This document shows positions 49,501 to 64,000 of a stretch of DNA of 64,000 nt, piece after piece (position 1 is the first letter of the stretch; each line of letters opens with the position of its first letter). Location: NCBI GenBank assembly GCA_030704615.1, contig CM060732.1:76570001-76634000 (forward strand), given 5' to 3'. Below the pieces are notes generated by a model. That model was not told where the DNA came from. It saw only the letters and a list, made by a program, of their open reading frames with translations, and searched no databases. Both the position numbers and the translations under genes were made by a program. This DNA is from Takakia lepidozioides. Taxonomy: Eukaryota > Plantae > Bryophyta.

Positions 49501-51397
49501 GTTCGAAAGTCCATAGAGCTTTGCGCTCATAAATTAAACTAGCTTCTACAGACCCAAAAGGTTAACGTGTCGACTTTCTATAAGACAATAGTCACAGCAA
49601 GGAATAGCTTTGCATCTGACCTGCAGTGCCGGATCCACTGCTTGAAATATCAGATCAGCCATAGTAATACCTGCCACCACCCCATCGGCTTTCGCCAAAA
49701 ATTGGGCTTCTGCTAGTGTTTCTGGTGTGATCGTTGCCAAGCATGTGACATCACCTGCAAGGTTTTCCACCTGTGGGCTACCATTATTATAATGATGATA
49801 ATCGTACAAATCACATGTCAACATGTACCCTCAGATCCATGATACAAGTAACTTCAATAACCATGCTTCAGTGGATTGCATTTTTCTGACAGCTGGGTTT
49901 GCACACCATTTCAAAATCATAGCACGGGTTATCGAAAGTTTGGCCAGAAGGTGTTTGCAACAGAATTTCCTCATCACATACTTACAGTATTCATCTGGCT
50001 GTGGCTGCAATATAGTCGTAGGTAAGCAATGGCAAGCAAGAGAGAGCAGCCAAGGAAAGGGAGAAGCAAACCTCGGTCACCAGCGTCTTCAGCCAGAGCC
50101 AGGCGGATGACTTGCTGAAGGTCGTAGGTCGGGTGTGCTGGAGGTGGTACCGGAATTTTCCGCCCTCCCTGCCTTGTTTCTAGCCCTACCATAGCTGCTG
50201 ATGTGTGGCATCTGCATTCCGGCAAACATCCGAAGTCACCCTAAGCTTAGCAAGAACATCATGAACAATATACTCTCTGGCTTGAGCCAAGACTTCCTGG
50301 TTGTCTCTAGAATATAAGAACTTGAACTTAAGAATCAGGGTTTATTTGTAAGAAGTGAAAGTCATTTCTAATTGCACTACAGTGCATTCACATGATAATT
50401 CATTTGTTATGTAAATGCTGCATGGCAATGCCCTCCCATTAGTCAACAACTTCCCATTGCAAGATAACACTTCCCTTTAACTGGAAGATTACTCATTCAC
50501 CCTGATTCAGATCCAGCTTGGTACCGGACTTGCTTCATTCAGGTGTCAGTGAATACATAAACTACTGTCATCTTACATAATCTCGCCAGAATTTGGTTTC
50601 TGAAATCTCTCTGGGGACCTGGTCTGGATTTCTGTCTACTGTAGTTTCAGTTGTGCATGTCCTTGCAAATGTTGTTCTCTTGGGTACCTTCTCTTACATC
50701 TCACAAGGTCTGATGGACCCTGAGCAAGCTCTTCCAGCTGTCCTAATACCACTGGTGTGCTTCTCTGATTTTCTGTTATTTGTCTGCTTTGGCATTGTTG
50801 CTCGATCACCAGGTTGCGCTAGGTAGCTGAGTGTAGTAACAATAGAGATTTGACCAAGGCAGCTATAAACCCTGCCGGTCTGCGGTTAGGGTACTAGTGG
50901 CGAAGCTACCATTAGATGCCGGAGTCGCGAAGGGATGATCCGCACGATCGCAGCTACGGCACCAGCCAGTGACTCGTCTATTATGCAAATCGATCATTGA
51001 CGACTTCGGGATTGGCAGCTGATTGAACCTGAATAGATTCTGAACCAACCAGCGTCAATATGGACTGTGTATAGGCCCTGGACAAGGTTGCTTGCTGCTT
51101 AGAAGCTCTCGTCTTTTGGCCATTCACTTCTTTCGCCCTGTCTCTCCTTCCCTCTCTGCCTAGCCAATCAGTCCTTTCCAAATTTCTCTGTCCATCTCCC
51201 GCACACACACCTATGAAACTGGTTCTGGCGGGGTTGGCGAGAGAGAGAACCCACCTCATATGTCCCTGACGATACAGAAGGGGAGGTCCTCGTGATACAA
51301 AGCTGGAGGTTAGAGCAAGCTTTCGTCCTGACAAGATGACCGCATTATCGACAAAGGTAGAAATTTTGTACCTGGAAGACAACCCAAGTACCGCCAT
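46520..51397 (-). CDS. QPT: Quinolinate phosphoribosyltransferase (nicotinate-nucleotide pyrophosphorylase), plastid-targeted, multi-exon; 5' exons uncertain
   Basis: Exons encode [32 protein letters not shown]...[70 protein letters not shown]...[26 protein letters not shown]. Stop at 46520-46522. Confidence 0.92.
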
Positions 51398-52600
51398 CTC
51401 ACTCTTCCTCTCACCAAACGTCCTTCCAAACAACTTATTCGAAAGCGCTCGGGTCTTCTGCCAACGTTGGTAGAAGGCAAGCCCCAGACAAACTCCGGGC
51501 CTTCAGCCACTGTGGGTCATTCATCTCCATGTAATACCTTTGGTCGCTTGAAGATTAGGTAGATGACCCCATCACTTTTGGTTGGCAGCTTGCATTGGGC
51601 ACCGAGTTCTTACGAAATTTGTCAGACATTATCTAGTCAGTAGGTTGGAAGGTGATGCTACTTCGAAGGCTGCCAAATGGAGGATGTTTTTCCTTCCACG
51701 TTGTGATGCTGAAACGAAGAATGATTTGTGCATCATGCTCGTAGGGTTGTTTCATCATCAACCTCCAGGCTAGTGACATATATCCTTTCCAGTTCTCATG
51801 GCCGGGGAAACTGTTTGCAGGACTGACTCGACAGCTAAATCCAGCCAAACCATTAAGCTCACCTTCACCTTTAGAGCTTTACCTTCAATCGGGAGTTTCT
51901 ATCTTGCACCCAGCTTTGATGCCTCACCCTAAAGACTTGTAGGAGGCATTGGGTACCAGATTTTGGTGGTGAATGCACTATCCCGTGTGGCATAGGCCCC
52001 TGCTGAATGCTTGCACCAGACAATTGACACCAGGACGAGTTGTTAAGGGAAGGGAGGCATGCCGCATAGCGACAGAATACATTAACAATTATGTCCATTT
52101 GAATTGGACACATGCTTGGGTTCAGTAATTGAACCCCACATTGGTATCAAATCTCTAGGCAGAGTACATCTCTCATAGAGCCACAACACAAAAACCGAAA
52201 TATGTGCTGTAGTCTTATGACAATCAGGGGCAGCCTGTGGCAAGGTGGTGGTGTAGGAATGACTTGACATTGACCATCAACTTTCCAATCAACTGAACAA
52301 GCCACATCGACATGTTCATCATGTCTGGGCTTTGTCATAATAGGTGACAGGACAGGCCAAGAAAGGGGAACTTCTAAGCATTCATTTTGGCAGCTTTCAA
52401 GCGCATCAAAAACTGTGCTAGCCAGCTGCCTCTACTCTAAAAGCACCCACTATGGTGGTAATTGGCATCTTATTCAGTGCCAGAACATATGGCTTCTCTG
52501 CCATACCCAAAACACTCCAATGCAAGTATATCATATGTGTGTGCAAAAGGCCATGGTACAATAAGAAGCTTGAGAGCATGTTGTGCATGACCCAGCAACC

Positions 52601-55600
52601 TTATGCTGAAACAGTGACCCGACTGATGGTTGCCTGTGCCCACTCAGCCGTCTCCTTCAACTGTTGGTCATCAGATGAGGTGCATTCATCCAAGAAGTCT
52701 TTGTAGAACACAGTGCGCTTGAACAAAGCAGCTGCATTGACTCCCAAGGTGTCAGCCAGGTCCCCCATCACTGCAATGGCAGCCTTTGTCACAACGTCGT
52801 CCCTGTTGAGCAAGTCACAGAATCATTGACAGCATGTAAAGATACAAGACTCCATCAGAATTTTTGTTACTTGTGATCAGTTTCTTAAGCGGCAAGATAA
52901 AGAGCCCATTCATAAAAAGCAAAGAGATATGGACTGTTCAAAAGAACAAAAAATTAACGTAGGACCCAAAAGAGTTTAGAGATCGCCAGAAAGTATTAAG
53001 ACTCCCATCTTACAACCCACCCCAGAAAGGGGGCAGTAGCCACAAGGCGAAGAGGCTCTTAGTCTCCCATCTTACCCATCTTCAAGTGGCGCGCGTCTCA
53101 CCTCTCATATCTGCTTCTCAATCTACCCTTTACTTACAAACTCCCCCTACTTCCTGGAGTTGACCCCTTTCCACAGAGCAAAGAGTGAGTTACTCCAACT
53201 CTCTCCTCAGCTCAGGACATTAATGCAACTGTTTAGTCGTAATGCTGCTTGCAAGTTTTATTATAGGAGTAAAATTTCTTAGGACTGGACAACCCATAGG
53301 CAAACAAACAATACGCCAAACCTCAGAGCCAGAAGCTTCTGATGCTTTGAATTGATCCTTTCTTAGTTCTCACTGGTCTCCCCCTCTCCTATCCATACGG
53401 AGCATATGGGTCTAAAGCCATGAGCCTTTGCAAGCACATTCAGCTTACAGTGCAACCTGGAAAACCACTAAACCTCTACACTAGGTAGTGTATCAGATAA
53501 GAATGTACTCATAAGACGTTGTCTGCCGTAGCCTTGTGGCCATTGTATCAGCTAAGAAAAAGGTACAGAAGCAAGCTGCATAGAGGGAAAGAAACATTGA
53601 TTTATTACACACCTGTCCTTATCTTGGTAGACGTTCTCAATGAACTGCAAGATGTGGTCTGCATAGGGTGCCATCAGGTCAGGCTTGTTGGACTTGAAGC
53701 CTTGGAAGATCCCTGAGTACGCCTCAAAAATCCCGCATCGAAGCTGGTTGTTGTAATCATTCATTTCATCATTATGGACAGATGGTTGGGCTGAAAACTC
53801 TGCAGCCCTCTGGAGGCTTGGCATTGCATAAGTCAAATACTTCTCAAAGTGCTCCCCGATGGCAAGAGCAATGTCACCAAAACACGAAAATATGGGAGGC
53901 TTAACAGAGCGATGCAATTGGCTGCTTGACAGGTCCTTCAAGAGCTGACTCATGATGCCATCACAATAAGGCAGTACTTTCTCATCCACCGCACTGCATA
54001 TGTCAGCTACGACCCCCACTGTAACAGCACACACCTACAACCATTCCCCCGAGACAATAGGTTAACCTATAGGCCACATTTTAGGGTGATCGGTAGACCT
54101 CAGAGCAGAGAGCAATGTGTACAAGGAATTGAGGACTTTTCCAACACTGGAAACCAAGTTGTTGCAGCAGCTCATAATGTGTCTACAGTATGATCGCATA
54201 GTTGAGCACGATGGAGTTGTGTTGCAGACCTGATATTCTTCAAAGTTCTGAAGCCCCATCTCTAAATATCGATAGAACTCCGGCAAGTATTTTCCAAACT
54301 CGCCACCTGTTGCATGTGCCAGTGCCCCAATTGCGAGCATAGCTTCTTCATGGACTGTGGCACTCCGGCAGGAAAACACACGGAGGAATAGGCCCATCAT
54401 CTGATCTGCATACTGCACAATCCCGTACTTGGTTGCCTCCAAAGCCCCCAACTTTTGGATTATAACCTGCAAACATCCAAGTACTTTGTGTTGTTTACTC
54501 CCACACACACTGCCACCATCGTAAAGAGTGCCTCACAATTGACTTGAAGAACTCTGGAACCTTAGCTATGACAGTATGCCAGCACACACCTATAGACACC
54601 ACAAGAACAAACCACCTGGCCCAGATCACTAGTGAAAACTTGTAGATGAACAATTATGAAGTCAAACCTTTGGCAAACTAAATGCGTTTGAATGAAAAAA
54701 TTCCTGTGCTGAAACAAAGGAAGATTGATGGGACAAGCATCAACAACTCACTTGCAATACACCGCACAAGAGAGCTTGCAATTCACTCTGCTTCTCCCGG
54801 TCGTCTGAAGAGAGTACTGTCATGTCCAAGGTATGACTTAGTTTTTGCATAATGACAGGTACCAACTGCACAACAATCGGTGCGGTGTCTTCTGTCGAGA
54901 TTCTCACAACCTCGTTGAGAGTTTCATAGGCACATGTCCGCAAGCGAGAGTCTCCTGCATCCTCTCTGTCGGTTGTTGCCAAGAGTGTTTGGACAATGCT
55001 TTGGAAGAAAGGGGAGAGAGGAGACGAAATCCTTCCAGTGTCCTCGTAGCCTTGGGCCAAGAAATAAACTGCACCACACACCTTCTCTGCCACATTTGGC
55101 GTGTCCTTGATGCTCTCCAAGAGCACTCCAAGAATGAGTGGCAGATTTGTCTGTGTGATGACAGGGGTTTCTACTGTTGGTCCGTGCAAAAACTCAAATA
55201 TTCTCCCCAAAGTCCAGGCCGTTGTGTCTTTGACATGGTTGTTTTCGTCCTTCAGTGCACTTAGCATGAAATTAAGGGCCACGTTGACCAGAGGAGCAAG
55301 TTTCTCCATCGAAGGACCCTCAAGAATGGAACCAAAAGCGTAAGTTGCAGCTTCTCGGCACCGCCACTCAGGTTTGGAGACATTTTCCTGCACATAGGGC
55401 ATCACTAGGGGAACGACATCATCGCCCACTGTCCGGGCAACTAGGCCCAAACAAGTGCCCCCTGCCATAGCCAGATTCCAAGCCCCCTCTTCCTGATCTT
55501 GATCCTCGTCCTGCTTTGTCAGGGTTTCCAGCAGCATAGGCACCAACGCTGGAAGCGCCTGTTTGATGAAATGAAAATAGGGTACCTCTGAGTCACCCGA

Positions 55601-56518
55601 GAAGTCACCATTGTACTCCTCCTGGATTTCGATTTCTTCATCGCAAATGGAGCTCCAGAACTCAATTGCCTGCAAGGCCACGGGTTCTTCGTCCTCTTTC
55701 ACAGCCTTTGAGGTAATGGCAAAGATGTCTTGCATATAGGGTGAGAGCTTTTCATAGTAAGTTGAGCCAATGGACACAAGGCACTCAAACGCAGCCTGTC
55801 GTACTCGACCGTCAGGGGACAACGTGGCCTCGCAGACGACTCTCATAATATAATCTCTTTCCATATCATTCTCAAAGTTGGTTTGCGCAAAATCCAATGC
55901 ATTGTAGAGTGCATGGGTTGCAGCCAATCGCACATCGGTGCTGGTTTCAGAAGCATTCATGCCTTGGACAACAGCAGTGAGGATGGAATTGACTTGCTCC
56001 TGAGCCAGAATCTCAGCAGAAATCTCCTCGCACACGTAACCTAAGGTTTCTAGGGTTGCTTGTTTCAGATGGGAAGGTTGGTCCAACTGTGGGCCTCCCA
56101 TGTTTGCCAGCAACGAGCCCACAAGCTCTGGCCATTCTCCTTGGGGCAGTTCGATAGCGGCGATCTTTGCTATCACTTGGGCCGATGTGTGGCGTGCATC
56201 AGGGACTGAGGAAGAAAGGGTTTGAGAGAGTGCAGCCTTGATCTGGGCCTTGACAGCGGGGTCCAAAGACACCCATTTACTAGCAAGTTCTTGTTTTCTC
56301 ACACTCTCTTTAGCATCAAGCGAGTTTTTAAGAATGAGACCAGCAAGCTTACGGCTATCAGGAGGCTTTTCATTGTTGGCTAATTCATGTGAGAGAGAGA
56401 TCAGAAAGGAAGCCAAGTTCTGCTCTTGAAATTGCTTCAGATTATCCTCCGCAACTTTGCGTACCCCCCCATCCGCCGACTGTGCATTTAACAGAATCTG
56501 CGTCACCTCCAACGCCAT
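52601..56518 (-). CDS. KPNB1: Importin subunit beta-1; exons ~54752-56518, 54230-54466, 53613-54034, 52601-52802
   Basis: MALEVTQILLNAQSAD...LAGLILKNSL (IBN_N domain), HEAT repeats, ALQAIEFWSSICDEE, WRCREAATYAFGSILEGP, LHRSVKPPIFSCFGDIALAIG. Confidence 0.96.
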
Positions 56519-57097
56519 CCTCTCCCGAGGAGATGCTCAGAAGAACTCCACAATGAACACCCCTTCTGTACCAATCCAAAATCTCTTCTTCTCTCCCCTC
56601 CACCGCATAACACCAAGAACTCCACCCCCTGTCTCTCCTAATCCTTCCCAATTCCGATCTTTCCCACCTTCCAAACAAATCAACCCAATCCCCAAGAAAT
56701 CCAACTGCAACGAGCGATGAGGCAAGCAACCACACAGACAAGCAGTGTGAATCAGCCCAATAACAATAACTAGCAAGGCTTCCTCTCTTCTCTCTCTCTC
56801 TCTTCTCTCACTGCCTGGGGCCGCCGCTGCAAGTAAGAGCCCAAGGCGGGTCGGCCCAGCGTTCTCCCGGCCGGTTCAGCGCTGGCCCTGTGTATCCCCG
56901 GGTCGTGGCAAAAGCTGCACAACGTTATGTTCGGGCAGCGCAAAGATAATATTTGAACTGGAAAGAGCGGGGCAGCGAGAAATTCGAGGACACCCTCCAA
57001 AGACCCGGCCCGCCCATACCCCGGGTAACCCGGGGTATGGGCGGGCCGGGTCTTAGATGCGTGGGTGCGTTCCTCCAGCCCTGGAGCTGCTGCAGCT
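56519..57097. promoter_or_regulatory. Divergent (probably bidirectional) promoter/UTR region between importin beta and LysRS
   Basis: Start codons only ~580 bp apart, head-to-head. GC-rich, with a CT microsatellite (~56785-56810), GGGCC/GGCCC site-II-like motifs and a perfect palindrome. Confidence 0.7.
57000..57054. repeat. Perfect 55-bp palindrome (27-bp arms, 1-nt spacer)
   Basis: AAGACCCGGCCCGCCCATACCCCGGGT-A-ACCCGGGGTATGGGCGGGCCGGGTCTT. Confidence 0.97.
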
Positions 57098-63274
<6,177 letters not shown>

Positions 63275-64000
63275 CCATTTGTTGGCATGGTGCGGCAGAC
63301 ATTGGGTCATCCATTGTGATCTAATTCTGCTCTTTCTGACAGTAAGTACTATGCTGATGAATTATGGTCGTTTGAAGGATTAGGATTAGTGTCACATGGG
63401 GTCATATAACATTCTTCTAGGCACTGCCCTACACATGTTGAGCATTCATCTGTTTCAGTTCCCAAGCACCAAACTAAATGTGATAGGACTGTCACGAACT
63501 TTAGAAACTCCCACTATATGAAACGAAGATACAGCCATTTTTGGATACTCTGTCATACGATAAAGGTAGTGGTCTCCTGATGTTTCATGCATTTGTGAGT
63601 ATGTCCACGATCCACACATTGTGCTGTGTGTGACACAAGAAATATTGTCATAAACATGAAAGCAGAGGACCATAATGTGTTCTAACTTACACTACATGTG
63701 TCTGGTTTGTGCAGCTGCACATGCATCAGGTGCACAAAGTTGGTTAACTTTCCTGATCAAGAAACACTGTGCAGGAGGTCCATTGACATTTCAAGGGAGC
63801 TCCAGGAACTGCATGATATACGAGTGAACAGTTTAATGCAGTGACCGTGACAGTTGGGCACAAATCTTATGAAGAACAGGACGAAGGTTGCAATTTTGCA
63901 CATTCTGGAGTGACAGAAGGATGCTAATGATTGTTAGGGTCTAACAAGATGGGGATGCAGCTTTGGCCCATCCGTATGATCTGAATGAACTCGCAAGACT

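Overview
Eukaryotic land-plant nuclear DNA with spliceosomal GT-AG introns. The protein style suggests a non-seed plant such as a bryophyte (inference). Bases 1 to ~29 kb are a stack of nested, decayed transposons. A MULE-like (GCM/WRKY-type Zn domain + DDE + SWIM) transposase gene is split by a 20.4-kb CACTA/EnSpm element (1013-21384, 29-bp TIRs), and that element is interrupted by an ~8.9-kb Ty3/Gypsy segment with no visible LTR pair. The CACTA carries a TnpD-like transposase gene (- strand), a divergent multi-exon TnpA-like gene that includes an FCP1/NIF HAD-phosphatase-like domain (+ strand), and a decayed cargo ORF with a duplicated unknown domain. About 27-33 kb is repeat-rich intergenic DNA. 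From ~34.9 kb to the end are six intact-looking host genes: a CDF-type Dof transcription factor, a PLS-E-DYW PPR RNA-editing factor, threonine synthase, quinolinate phosphoribosyltransferase, importin beta-1 and an organellar lysyl-tRNA synthetase. All calls come from reading motifs by eye; no database searches were run.
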